64,000 nucleotides of DNA from Camelus dromedarius (Eukaryota). Below the pieces are notes generated by a model. The model searched no databases, had not been told where the DNA came from, and saw only the letters and a list, made by a program, of their open reading frames with translations. Shown here piece after piece: positions 10,254 to 23,833 of this stretch. Numbering within the stretch: position 1 is the stretch's first letter; each line of letters starts with the position of its first letter. The DNA is taken from positions 12,648,001 to 12,712,000 of the forward strand of contig NC_087447.1 in assembly GCF_036321535.1 (NCBI RefSeq). Direction: 5' to 3'. Made by a program: the position numbers and the translations under genes.

Positions 10254-13173
10254 AAACCCAAGAATCAAGAAAGAGTTAGAATCAGGTTACTTGGCTGGTC
10301 TGAAAAACACATTACCCAAACCTCAAATATTAGATCCAGAAACATACGGGGGTCACAGGCTGAATTACCATGGGGTGAGAGAAGCAGCACCCAGTGGAGG
10401 GATGTGCCCAATAGTCTAAGTACTGGGCACCCCTGTGGTGCTTCCTCTCACATCTAGACCTGTTTCATAGAAGATGCAAGAACGTACTAAGCAGTAGTTC
10501 ATGTATAATGATTATTACTATTTTCTTAATGTTAATAAAATCTAAGCATTAGTTCAGTAAATGAGTCTTCTGCTTAAAAACAATTTTGCCAATAGAAACT
10601 CAGTTTATCAATACTGTGATTGTTATGATTATGAGGAAATGGAGTATGGTCTTCAGGGTTTGTGAGCATTTATTAAAAATGTGTTGACTGATAGGGGGTC
10701 CAAATGGTCTTGCTTCTCAGTTATTATTGTTAAAAAGCTTATTCAGTTAATGTTCGTTAATACTATGTAATTATATATTATATACATAGGACGCAAGGAA
10801 GAGGGGACTCAGAAATAAATAATAAATGTGAAAGCTGAGTTTTTAACATCTGTAACAGTATCTTATCTTTGGAGAAAGGGAGAGACAAAAAGTAAGCTCG
10901 AAGTTTTCAGGCTGTGTTTGCCTGAGAAACAGAGAAATCTATGACCTTAATCCAATTTCTTTGTGTTAGATTTGGGAATAGAGGGTAGACATGACACTTA
11001 TTCCATTAGATTTTTAGAATTCAAGTACAAGGGTGGCCTGTATTCTTTTTTTCTCACTGAACCACAAGCAACAATTCCCCTAAACAATGATTGTCCCATG
11101 TGTCTGGCTGGAGAGGGAGGGTCTCAGTCTCCCAAGGGCTTCTGTGGTCCAGTAGAGTGTGGTAGCTCCAAAGTATTTCCTGTTTCTCAAAGGAACAAAA
11201 AGCACATAAAAGTAAGAAAAATTAAGAGGTTGCAGAGTTCCTAATATGGAGAAAGCATCCAGTAAGAATGGCACTATAAAACTAGAATATAAGGTCCATG
11301 CGAGCAGGTACTAATATTATTTTTTTTCCTGGATTTCAGGCACATAGTAAATAGATAAATAAACAAATAAACAAATAAATGCATGTCACTGTCTAAAGAT
11401 AATGACACCAAGGTTAAGAATGCTGTGTTTTCCAATGCTTTGGGGGTACACTTACCCTCTACACAGGAACAACCCTGTGGAAAGCAGAGTAGGAATTAGT
11501 CAGGTTAACTTTCTTCCACTTTGGAAAATGGAGCCTTAAGATATGAATTAAGCTCAATTAGAGGAATAAAGTTGCACAGCTTACAATATAGAGATCATGA
11601 ACTAAAAATTATACCCATGGCATTTGCAATTATAAGTCAGTAAAAATTAAAATTATATTCCTCAAGTGCATTAATTTATTTTCTCTCCAAAACGGGTAGA
11701 AACTATAGGCATGAGAAGGATAGCTATTGTAGATCATCTTCTATCAATTAAAATAATTTATTAAGACAAGACCGGACGCATTCAGGGTGGTATGGGGAAT
11801 TTTTTTACAGTGTTAAAAAATAGAACAAAATATAAACCACAGCAATAAAAAACTGTCAACCCTAATGCAAGAATTAAGTTGGGTTTTAGAGAAGTCCATT
11901 AATTCTTTCAGACAAGGAAAAGCCCGTCTGAGGCTCATTACATGTGTATATGACATCCTTCTTTATTCTCCCATTGCTTACAATTCTTTCTTACTGAAAA
12001 ATGGGAGCAATGTTCTTCATTAATACAAAGAATTGTGCTAAGTACAGATTATTTGAAATATATGTTGTGGCTGATGCAATATTGACATGATTATTATCAC
12101 ATGGGAAACTAAGAACCACTCCCACCCACAAATGCAGCACAGTCACCAGGATACAGAGAAAACACTGTAAAAAAAAAAGAGGACAAAAAGCAAAATCTCA
12201 AGTTCTTTTAGCCCTTTAATTAATTAACTAATTTAAAAAACTCTAATTCTGCTGAGAGTTATTTTGCTCTTGAGTTTCATTTTCCACTACAGGTGATGCC
12301 ATCTGTAGCATTTTAATTATCTCTGCAGCTTTCTGTCCATATTCTCCAGTGAGAAAGCCCCACAGTGGGAAATCCAGCTCTTATAAATCCGTCTGAATCA
12401 CGCAGTGGTGATATCAGATGAGATGTTTCCAAGAACATTTTTTCTTCATGCACAGGTAGGTTCATGCACAGGTAGAGTCCATGTATTTTCATAAAGTCAG
12501 TCCAGAGTGTGAGCCCTCTAGGTTGCCCTTGTAATTCTCCGTAGGAAGAGAATGCTCTGGAAGGGATATTAGGAGGTGCCGTTAGAAAGGCCTCACTGTG
12601 GCAGTGGTAGTCAGTTGTGGTTGGGGGCTCTGGTTTGATGCCCTTGTCCAAGAACTGCAGTCATTCAGTGGCAAAATTGTACACCATCCTACCCAACAAA
12701 CAATGAGAATTCTCCCCATAAAGGGTCACTACGTGGCAATCAAACCGCTGTGTTTCTGTTTTCTCTGCTAACGACATTTTCTCTTCAGTGCAAGTGCTGG
12801 TCTCAGTCTCTCCCTCTCTTTCTGTCTCTGCTTCTCTCCTTCTCATATACAAACATAAAGTCATGAAATTAAACTTTTATATAGTACTAGCACGTATAAG
12901 ATACCAGTAACGTGTGTTCAAACACAGTTATTGATAAAAAAGCACACTGGACCTCAAAACATTCATAAATGATCCTGTGCTCCTTCCAATCCAGACCATC
13001 TTTTCCTCATTCCACCTCCTACACACTAGTGGTTGGGGTTTCACATGGGGGTAGCCTGAGGAAACATCTTCTCTTGGCATGTGATCTTCTAGCATTCTCT
13101 GCCCTGTTACAGCTAGCTCCCTGACGAAGCCTGTAGGACTCGGGCAGTTGTAAATCATGGGCCCAGCATTTCT

Positions 13174-13280
13174 TAGGGTGGCCAATTATCTTGGTTTGCC
13201 TAGGACTGAGGTGTTTCCCAGAGGCAAAACTTAACATTCCTAAACCGGGAAATTTCTGGCCAAATTGGGTGGGCACTATT
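13174..13280 (+). mobile_element. MER81-like hAT MITE
   Basis: tagggtggccaattatcttggtttgcctaggactgaggtgtttccc...aaaccgggaaatttctggccaaattggg matches the recalled MER81 consensus. Confidence 0.65.
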
Positions 13281-15410
13281 TATGCCACATTTCTCCCACC
13301 ACAGACTGAGCTGGTAGCAGACATAGATGGATTTCATTACAGGGTCAACTGTTTGAATCTCATTCTGCTCCCCTGTGCAGATTTGTCATTCAGTGGCAGC
13401 TAAAATTGAAGGCCTCCTTGGAGCTGAAAACTAAGCTCATGTAACTTGACTTATGCACTGATACGCTTATCACTAAGTGCTTAAAGCCTGATACCATTTT
13501 CCTTTTGCTTCTATTTCTTGATTACATTTGCTATAAAAGTGAAAAAACAGTTTAAAAACTTCTCATTACATATATAAGGTTTATTAAACATCAAATAAAT
13601 CAATAACATTGTAGAAAATGTTTCTTTACAATGCCTGTATAGAGCGTATAGAGGAGGCTGGGAACATAAACAGATTTCTTACCTAAATGTGCGGGAAGTG
13701 GCTAATTATTTGGAAGAGGAGGCAAAAAGAATCCTGCAGATCTCCCTGAAGCACAAAGAGGATATTCGAATAGACTTGACAGCATTCTCTATTTCCTTCT
13801 TTTACCAGTTCATGGTTAGATGAGGTAACACCTGTTTGCATTTGGTGCTTTGGCAGAGGCAACCTAGAGTGTCATTCTTTTTACTTTACTTTAGTCACTA
13901 CCAACATTCCAGGGGAGGATGAAAATCATCTATTATTTTTCCAATCTCCATCTGATATCTATCACATAAATTTCAACCAAGAGATGAGTAGTGGGAGGCA
14001 CAGACATAACAAGGAAGCTAAGATAGAGACAAATTCTAGGGGATGAAGAAGGAAGGATAGATCTCAACTAATGATGGGAAGGTAGAGAAATAGGCAAGAA
14101 ACAGGTTGGTCATAACAGCTTATTATAGATAAGAGAAGAACCAGTGATTTTTCAGAAAAGTGTTAACTACATGAATGAATGGATGAATAAATAAATATAA
14201 AAGTGATGATGATGTTTTTCTAACTTGTACTTTGATGGCAAATACAGGATATTTTATGAAGAACCATCAGCTGTGCACTCCCATGGCCCATAAATAAATA
14301 GACCATAAGTAAAATCTTACTGCTGGTAAATGAGCTCAAAATATTTAAACTAGCGTATCAAAATGTGCTAGAAGGGTCCAGAATCCAGACAGATCGGCCA
14401 TCTTAATCTGATACAGCCAAAAAGTATAAAAAAGAAACTTCCTCTCTAAACCCTCAAAAATTTTCCTTCACTTTCTGGTACATTTTAAAAATTTCATTAA
14501 AGTGTAAATAATTATAGAAGAATAATACAGTCCTTCATTTAGTTTTCTGTTGTTCCTATTTTATTCAAAGTTCTAAGAAAAAAGGAAGAGACTGCTATAG
14601 AATGTGTTAATGCTTCAAGACTCAAGGGAGGAGAAGAGTTTAAAAAAATGGAGGTGATGCTTCAATTTATCTCTTTTAGGCTTATTTGCAACATGGACAA
14701 TGGCTGGCAAGGATTCATTTTCTTATGTTGATTTTCAAAATAAAAAAAATCACTAAATCAATGTAATGCTTTAAGAGGTTTTTTTCTTTTCTTTTTTTCC
14801 AATATAGTTGTTTTATTTTAAACCATTTTATACAGTGTTATTAAGTCATATTTTAAATAAAAACAACTCAAGCTTTCAAGGTTAAGAAATGGAGGTATCA
14901 TTTAACTTTCTGATTATGGATCAGCATTTCTCTGCCTATGACTTTGAATAAATTTCTTACATATTTTATAGACCTTCTAACTCTATAAATCTAGTGAATA
15001 AATAAAATGTATGCACTTCCTAAAAGTTGGGGCCATTAGTAAAAATTCTTTCCCTTTCCAGGAGAGAGTCAGAACAAAAATTCTCACTGTAAACTTTTTC
15101 TTTATAAACAAGTAAAACTAGATGCAATAAGCTATGTCATTATATTCTATAATTTTATATTATTCTGCCACTTTCTCTGTAAAAGAAAACTTATGTGTAT
15201 ATATATGTGCATAAGGGAAAGAAATACTGCTAAGTAAAGACATGGGGGAAGGAGAGGAGAGATGAAAAGAAAACTTGCAGAGGAATTGAAAAAGAATGAA
15301 TCAGGAAGATAAAATACAAATGAAGAATGACTATAATTGAGATGTGTATTTTTTATTTCTGTTTATTTTATTAGACAAAGTGCATCTCTGCCTGGATCAC
15401 ATTCAAGAAA

Positions 15411-16343
15411 ATGCTCACTTTTACTGATGTGACAGAATTTATTCTCTTGGGACTAACTAGTCGCCCTGAATTACAGCTGCTGTTCTTTGTGGTCTTCTTA
15501 CTGGTCTACATCGTCACCCTGGTTGGGGACGTTGGTGTGATCATACTCATCCGGATCAGTCCCCAGCTCATCAGCCCCATTTATTTTTCCCTCAGTCACT
15601 TGTCTTTTGCAGATGTGTGGTTCTCCTCTAATGTCACTCCCAAAATGTTGGAAAATTTGATATCTGAGACCAAAACCATTTCCTACCCTGGCTGTATAGT
15701 GCAGTGTTTCTTCTTCATTGCCTTCGTCCATGTAGAAGTCTTCATCCTCGCTGTGATGGCCTTTGACAGGTACATGGCAATTGGCAACCCTCTGCTCTAC
15801 GGCAGTAGAGTGTCAAGGATTGTCTGTATTCGACTGATCTCTTTCCCTTATGTATATGGCTTCTTTATAAGTTTCATCTCCACATTGTGGACCCAAGTCT
15901 TGTACTTCTGTGGGAATATTGAGATCAACCACTTCTACTGTGCAGACCCAGCCCTCATCAAGATGGCCTGCACAGGAACCTTCATTAAAGAATACACCAT
16001 GCTCACATTGGCGGGTCTCAACTTCTCTTACTCTTTACTAGTCATTATTATCTCCTACATATTTATCCTTATTGCCATCCTAAGAATGCGCTCAGCAGAA
16101 GGAAGAAAGAAAGCCTTCTCCACATGTGGATCTCATTTGACAGCTGTCACCATATTTTATGGAACTCTCTTCTTCATGTACCTCAGAAGTCCAACTGAAG
16201 AGTCTGTGGAGCAGGGGAAAATGGTAGCTGTGTTTTATACCACGGTGATTCCCATGTTGAATCCCATGATCTACAGCCTCAGGAACAAAGATGTGAAGGA
16301 GACCATGAGCAAAGCGGTCAGTAGGACATACTTAATGAAATAA
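15411..16343 (+). CDS. Intact olfactory receptor ORF, OR5M3-like paralogue, 310 aa
   Basis: Uninterrupted single-exon ORF with [29 protein letters not shown] and [13 protein letters not shown]. Candidate acceptor ttattttattag ends at 15374. Several conserved residues are altered (GN>GD, PMYFF>PIYFS). Confidence 0.93.
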   Translation: MLTFTDVTEFILLGLTSRPELQLLFFVVFLLVYIVTLVGDVGVIILIRISPQLISPIYFSLSHLSFADVWFSSNVTPKMLENLISETKTISYPGCIVQCFFFIAFVHVEVFILAVMAFDRYMAIGNPLLYGSRVSRIVCIRLISFPYVYGFFISFISTLWTQVLYFCGNIEINHFYCADPALIKMACTGTFIKEYTMLTLAGLNFSYSLLVIIISYIFILIAILRMRSAEGRKKAFSTCGSHLTAVTIFYGTLFFMYLRSPTEESVEQGKMVAVFYTTVIPMLNPMIYSLRNKDVKETMSKAVSRTYLMK

Positions 16344-17899
16344 AATAGAAACTTAAAACGTATGACGAGACCCATGGTTCAATAGAAGGGTTAGAATTAA
16401 CCATTTCTCTTGGATAATGTTGAGAAAAATTGTTATTTTTGTTTTCAATGAACAGACAAAGATACTATACAATTGAATAAGGAGTAAGATGTAAGGATAA
16501 AAGAAGCACATTGTAAACAAGACTCCTGGGGTCTATAACACATGACGAGATGAAAGCATGCTGACAACAGCATCCTTTCCCACACAGTGTCAAAGTCGGC
16601 AGGTCATTTTGGAGCTGGAAGTGTTTGTTATGGCTTTTCAGTATTTTACAAGTCCACTCTTTCAATTCTGTGTTTAGAAGAACTGCAATGGTCCCTTCTT
16701 GCATCTAAAGGAGGTGGTGGTTCAGGATGTGTGTTGTTATTTTTAAATACTTAAATTGACTATTATTTCACTAGTAGTCATTGGTATAATTGTAGACAAC
16801 AGCCCTGACAGTGGAATCATTTCTGCAGAATATGTTACAAGCTCCATGTAAGAAGTGCTAATGAATTTAACTGTATGCTATATGAGTTTACCTTTTCAAA
16901 TGTATGCTAATCAATTAAATAAACCTCATTTACATGGAAACATATGTATTTAAATCCTATTTGTGTCTTACCTTATGATGACTATCAGAGGTAATGACAC
17001 AATCTCATTGGTTAGTTTTGGATTGTATTTCCATAAATCCATTGGGGAAAGTGTAGAGATATATTTACTTTTTCTTTTTTTCCTTATTTTTGAAGTGTTT
17101 TAGGGTTTGGTGGTAGTAGAAACCAGCTGAACCCTCACTGGTTCTAACTATATGCATTTGTAACTTGTCATCCATTTTATATCTGTTTTTAAAATTAACG
17201 TCATCAATATAACAGATGCCCTGAATTGTGTTTTTTTAATGATATTGTTGCCTCTGTTTCAAAATACTTTTACTTAAAAGATGAGAACAATTTGAGGCAC
17301 AAATTGCTGATTTTGATTGTAAACGCACAAAATCTATAACATTTCTTGTCAGGATTGAAGTCCTGTTCATTTTCTTTTATCTAACAATATTTTGTCAAGA
17401 AATTTAAAACATAGAGCAGGATTTTCACAAATAAAGCAAAATCATGCATGCATTATATATGTGTATATACATGTATACATACCTGTTACACACCCATCCA
17501 CATACATGTACATGTATGGATATTTCTGTTTGTATGTGTGTGTGTGTTTGTGTGGGTCCGTGTGTTTCAGAGTAGTCAACCTGATCAAGACTTTGCAGGA
17601 GTTGCTACTTAGGAATTTTCCAAAGGATCAGACTAGTTGTAACACAAATTAACCAACATAATTATGTCATTTATTACACTATACGTTGTGTTATATGCAG
17701 TCTCGTATTACACTATTTCCCCTTCCACTACGTTTAGTAATTTACTCCAAATGGCCTACTTCACCCACAACAGAACTATTTTCTCTACTTAGCTCTCTCT
17801 TGACCATAGATTGTAAAACTTAGTCCACTTGAAAACCAAAAGATTTTAGAGGTTGTTATGGCCAGCTGTGTTATTTTAACAATTATAAGCAAACTGTAT

Positions 17900-18095
17900 G
17901 GGGAGAGGGGATAGCTCGACTGGTAGAGCACGTGCTTAGCATGCATGAGGTTCTGGGTTCAATCCCCAGTATCTCCTCTAAAAAAAATAAACTTAATTAC
18001 CACCCCGTCACTGCCAAAACAAAACAATTTAAAATATAATAACAAATAAATAAAATATAAAAATAAAATGTTTAATAAATAAATAAATAAATAAA
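17900..18095 (+). mobile_element. tRNA-derived SINE (Vic-1-like)
   Basis: ggggagaggggatagctcgactggtagagcacgtgcttagcatgcatgaggttctgggttcaatccccag with an (aaat)n tail. Confidence 0.9.
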
Positions 18096-18357
18096 CTAAT
18101 CATTCACATAACAGCTCATGCAATGGGTACATACATTAGCATATTTATGCTTAATTTAAACAATTTAGAATTTCTTTTTTGCATGTGGTCTGAAGCAAGA
18201 AACTAATACTAATTTTCATAAAATATTAATTGCCACTTGTTTTTTTTTAATAATCTCCCTGTTCCTGATAATTTTTAAATGCCAGTAATATTATACATAA
18301 ACTTGTTTCTATTTCTCTTAGTTCGTTCCCCATCATTATAATCTGTTCTTTAATTAA

Positions 18358-18720
18358 TTAACCATTCATTCATCTAACAAATATTAGCTGAGTGCCTATT
18401 ATGTACCAGGCACTGTTTTAGTTATTTGTTATCAATGAGCAAAACAAAAAAAAGAAATTCTTGATCTCATGAGTCTAGTGGTGTGAGAAATATGTAAACA
18501 ATTAGCATAATATATAAATAAATCATATAGTATGTTAGATATGTTATGGTGAAATCTGGAAAAAAATATGATATAAAAGAGCAAAAGAGTGCTTCTAATT
18601 TAGGCATGGGAATGAAGGCAGATTTCATCGAGATGATAATTGAGCAAAAAACCTCTGCAGGTGGCTTAGAGCTGAGCCACGCAGTTGTGTGCTAGGTCAT
18701 AATTCTAGTTACAGGGACTC
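18358..18720 (-). mobile_element. L2 3' end
   Basis: cattcattcatctaacaaatatt..tgagtgcctattatgtaccaggcactgtt is the diagnostic antisense L2 terminus. Confidence 0.8.
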
Positions 18721-20423
18721 ATACTTGTTTCATCTTTCACTGGAAAAGCTGAGTTGCACAGACCGTGAAGTACAGAACACGGGACTGGCTTATGCAGGTC
18801 GAGTGACACCATCACCGGGTTTAGTGTGATGCAAACCCAAAGCAAATTATGTCATTTGATCCCAGGACACTTTCAAAATAACTTGAGTTTGAGTTTGGGG
18901 AAAAATAAAATTGTGCTAATTGTATATAAAAAAAACAACCCACAATCTCATCAGTATGTGTTCCTCTGGAGATGCACTTTCCTCAGGGTCATTTCTGAAG
19001 AAAGCTTCTTAATTGCTTCTTGTTTCCTAATGTAAACATTTAAGGAAGACTTCTCCTGTGTCCTTCCAGTTTCTCTTTTGCCTGGTTGATGATGTTTGCC
19101 ATCTCTTCTACAGCCTCCACTTTTTAATTCTGCATTCTTTCTGGGAACACTTCTGTTCATTCTGAGGTTGGTACACAAATGCATCGATCTGGAACTGGAA
19201 AATGAAGGTTGCATCTTGAATTTTATTTACATTTATTCTTTATCATTAACATTAACATAATTAACATTATTTCATAAATGTTATCTGTGTGTAGATTTGT
19301 ATTTGTGTGTGTCAGAGAGAGAAACAGAAAGAAATTTTCAATAGAGATTTGATTATTTGATTATTGCAAACTATTAATGGAAGCTACAATTTCCAGGAGT
19401 GCATTTAATAATAATTGTGCCTTGAATATTTATTATGTGTTAATGTGTAATAAATCTTTTCATATTCACAAACACACAAAGAAATCAATACTGTTATTAT
19501 TGTTACATCATATTAGTACAGTGAAATTATAAACAAAACAAGAGTAATCCTGTCCAAGTTCTTAAATAAGTCATGGAGCCAGAATTGAGCCAGGGTCTGA
19601 CAAAGCAACAGAATTCTTTAAATGGAATACTTAATATTCTCTCATGCCTGAACCTGAAGGAGAAAGAATCCACATTTATGGGTAACTTAATTTGAAATAC
19701 AAAATGCTGCAGTATGGCTGTTTGGGTACATCTGCTTTGCCAGGAGATGGTGAGGAAAATCCTGTCAGTGCTTCTAAGTTCCCCAGACCCTCCTTTTCCC
19801 CCAGATCTCACGCCCGCTGAGATCAGAGCTGATCATTCCACTTCCCTGTGAGCTCACCAACACTGTGTATCATCTGGCTAATCACCACGCACATTTACAT
19901 GGATTTAATTTTTGCAAAGTACTAACACCACCACTTTTTTATATCTTCTTTTTTTTTCTCAATCATCCTTGGTTGTCTGTAATTAGATCTGGTTTTCAAA
20001 CAAGAATTCCTCTATTGCTAATCTCTGATAAATCCAAGAGTGTGAAAACCACAGGCAGCCCAGGCACACTCTGCTGACTCCGCATCAGTGTGATCTGTGG
20101 AAAGGCTTGACATCCTGTTCCAGGCACAGAATCTCCCCTTCATCTTCGTATTTCCCCTGTCTTTTGTGATGCTGTCTTAAACAGATCTTCCACTAATTTC
20201 TCTTTGTCTATGAACCTGTGAATCTTAAAAAATCCATTTTTTCTTGTTAAGGAAATTCTTCTTTTTCAAAAGTTAATATATTATTTTTTACATTTTTACA
20301 AATGAATTAGCATAGTTTGGGCAGTTTACAGATCTGTGATCTGATTTTCCCATTCCTGTTCCCATGGACTGAACATGTTCACAGGCAGCTCGAAATGATC
20401 CTACAGCACATTCAGGACAGATA

Positions 20424-20735
20424 CAGTCCTCCCTCAGTATCTGAGAGGGATGCGTTCCAGGACCCCCACTGCATCCCAGGATACTGAAGTCCGCAGATGC
20501 TCAAGTCCCTTCTACAGAACGGCATAGTTTTTGCACATAACTGATGCACACCCCATACTTTAAATCATCTCTAGATGACTTCTAACACCCAATGCGATGC
20601 AAATGTTATGTAAAGAGTTACCATGGCCTGGCAAATTCAAGTTTTGGCTTTTGGAACTTTCTGGATTAAAAACAAAATTTTTCCATTCGAGGTTCATTGT
20701 ATCCATGGGTGTGGAACCTGCAAGAAGGCTGACTG
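20424..20735 (+). mobile_element. MER2-like Tigger MITE
   Basis: Termini cagtc...gactg flanked by TA on both sides (20422-23, 20736-37); internal gttccaggacccc, gatgctcaagtccctt. Confidence 0.85.
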
Positions 20736-23451
20736 TACTCAAAATATGTTTGCTCTCCTTTCCAGACTTTCTAGGCTCCGCTCTAAAGCCGAGCACGTAG
20801 CAACACACTACAGAAGCGTGCAACCAGCAGAGAATGAGAATGTTTTATCAATTTGTCTTCCTATTTGGTATTACCTGTTTTTTCTTTTTTCCCAAATCTG
20901 TGAAAACAGTTTTTTGATGGTTAAATACAAAGTTGAACAAGGTTTTAATTTGAGTGGGCATCAATATTTAACAAAATAGTTCAAAAATAAGTTTATCTTT
21001 ATGTCAGAATGATTCCACGGAAGTTCAAAAAATAAAAAGATGTGAAGAATTGGGTTGTCACAGGAGATATATATGAATATAGAAGCAGGTTGTGACGCAT
21101 TTGCTCCACACTGTCGAGAGCAAACCACACCATCACCGTAGTCACTCAATCGCCTGTCATAACGCAACTGGTTTATAATTTTGTTTGCATTACTTTACAT
21201 TTTTTTTTAGCTTTACAAGTGCCACACGTGGTTACTGAGCATATCTGAGAAACTTTGGAATTAAAAAAAAAAACCCAAACAAAAAATACCCATATTACTA
21301 CTTTCCACCTGGTGATTTGATGTCACCTTTTACTTCCTAAAGACTCACAAATATATTCCTTTAAGGAGATAATATAAGTTTTATAGCATGAATGATAAAT
21401 TGGTAGATACATAATTTTAGTAAATTTATTAATACACAGACTATGAATCATAAGCTGAATAATAGCAAATCAAGCGCTTGATTTAATCTTTAATATAATT
21501 TTAAGGAAACTCTGCTTTAGGCATAGATTGATGCCAAACTATAATCCCAAGTGATCACATGTGTTCTCTAAGCTTTAATGTGTCTGTGTCTGACTACGTA
21601 TTCTTAAATCCAAATGGTCACGTCCAATTGACCATTGAAAACTCTTCAAGGGGAGAATGAGTTCCATAAAGGTGACATGAAGCCTTGGGATGGGGAGGTG
21701 GGTGGATGGGGAGAAGAAACCAAAATTATACAGAAAGAATGGTATTCTTTACATCACAAAACAAAGGATTTTATCTTTTCCAATTTTAACTCTTATTATT
21801 CCTAATATTTTTAAGCCATGAGTTAATGCCTCAATTTTTTACTAATTAGCCTAAGACTCAGGAATCATTTGTCAGTCTAATTTACTTGGGTTCGTAGCAT
21901 TCTCCTTCCTCATGAAAAACCTTTCTTTCCAAACGGGGTGAGTAGAAGGCAGTGGATTACCTTTGTGAATAAGAGTGTGTTTATTTTCACTCTGGCAATG
22001 AGGTCATCTTCTTACCTGCTCTTATCTTTCCTGGTCCTAACACGAGGATAACTTTGGATACGCATCAAAGGGTAGTTGCACCAAGTGTAATCCTGGAGGT
22101 GAAAACAAGGGTTTGGGGAATAATCAAATGACATTTAGCCCTTGGAGAGCATGGCGCAGTCCCAGCTCCAACAAACTCATTGCCCTGTTGCAAAGCTCTC
22201 TCTGGAATCTTTTTTGATAGAATTACTCTCTGTGTTCCAAAGAACCTCAATGTTGGCTGATTTTGAGGAACTCTCTCTCTGTGTCTCTCTTTTTGCTTTA
22301 TTATTCTCTCTCCTTTCCTTCATCTTTAAGCTAAGTAAATGCCAGCTAGACTAAGCATAATAGAATTCTTTCCCACACAGCTTCTCACAGTTTACCTTTA
22401 CTAGATAAGTCATGTGTCTCTAAGAGTTTGCAGAAGATATAAAGATTTCTCATTATCTGATGAATGAACCCTTGTGGATTTTTCTCCACAATACCTATTA
22501 ACAGCATACAGAGCACTAGTGTTTCTATAGGAAAATAATTTCGGAAATATTGTTCTAGAAAAATGTTCCTATGACACAACCTATATCCAAGAAGAACTCC
22601 ATTGGATTGCCAAGGAAAAGGCAAACATTCCCCACTTTCTGCCTCCAGTATAACTCTGTAAGAGTACACCACAGTTTTAGAAAGACTATTGACATCAATA
22701 CCACTCTAAATAGACATTAATCTCCTTGTCTCACTTATATTTGATCTCCAGAACATAAGAGTGGATGATGTCTGGTAGATTATAATTACACATTAGAGAT
22801 GCCAAGAGTCCATGTCCAGGTACTGTGCATAATGTAGGAATGTGTATAAATGGCTTACACCTTTATTTTGATGACTGCTGTGATCATCAGTTCATCCCTC
22901 TTTAAATGAGTCCAAGGATGAGGTTAGATTAAAAATAATTTTTATTTGACAATTAGGGCTGATGAATTACTTGATTAAGTGGCTTCCTTCTCTAATCATG
23001 GAGAATATGCCTATGATGAAACAGAGATAACATAGTAATTTTGAGTGATGATAAAAAGAGAACTATAGACCTCCAAAACATCTTCAAAATATGAAAATAC
23101 CAAACAAGCCAGTGTTGGAAAAAAGGGATGTTGAAGAAGTGGTCTTGGAAATTTGGCTAAATTCACTATCGAGTACTAGCGTATTTCAGTCACATTTCGT
23201 ACACCTGTTATGTAAGTAGACTCTGTATTTATCCAACCAGGGAGCCTTCCGAGAGTACGTTACATTAGCAAATGGTCAGAAATGATTTGCTGAAAAGAGT
23301 AGCAAAATGCAGTCACAGATATTTAATAAAGAAAAAAATGAAAAAGGGCATGGATGAAAATAAAAATTAATAGTCAATATGTGATTTCAAAATTTATTTC
23401 CTTTTAGTTATCACAGGAATTTGTAACTAATATCCACCCAGAACTGAGAAA

Positions 23452-23833
23452 ATGCTCAATGTCACCGATGTGACAGAGTTTATTCTCTTGGGACTCACCA
23501 GTCACCGGGAATGGCAAGTCCTCTTCTTCATCATTTTCCTGGTGGTCTACATCATCACCGTGGTGGGTAATATCAGCATGATCATGCTAATTAAGGTCAG
23601 TCCACAGCTTGGCAGCCCCATGTACTTTTTTCTAAGTCATCTGTCATTAGTGGATGTGTGGTTTTCTTCCAATGTCACCCCTAAAATGTTGGAAAACCTG
23701 TTATCAGAGACAAAAACTATTTCTTACGCTGGTTGCTTGGTACAGTGTTTCTTCTTTATAGCCCTTGTCCACGTAGAGATTTTTATTCTCGCTGTGATGG
23801 CCTTTGACAGGTACATGGCAACATGGCAATTGG
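23452..23833 (+). pseudogene. OR5M3: 5' half of OR5M3 orthologue, truncated at the DRY motif
   Basis: [36 protein letters not shown] matches the recalled human OR5M3 N-terminus. Reads cleanly to MAFDRYMA, then an 8-bp duplication (acatggca x2, 23813-23828), attgg, then non-OR sequence. Confidence 0.9.

Noticed and set aside
9922-10419. Chimeric OR ORFs (also 23452-23916) as novel fusion proteins
   Set aside because: They are read-through past deletion junctions; only 3 TMs, and the first lacks an in-frame ATG start.
19804-19824. gatctca-cgcccgc-tgagatc hairpin
   Set aside because: A 7-bp stem is expected by chance in 64 kb.
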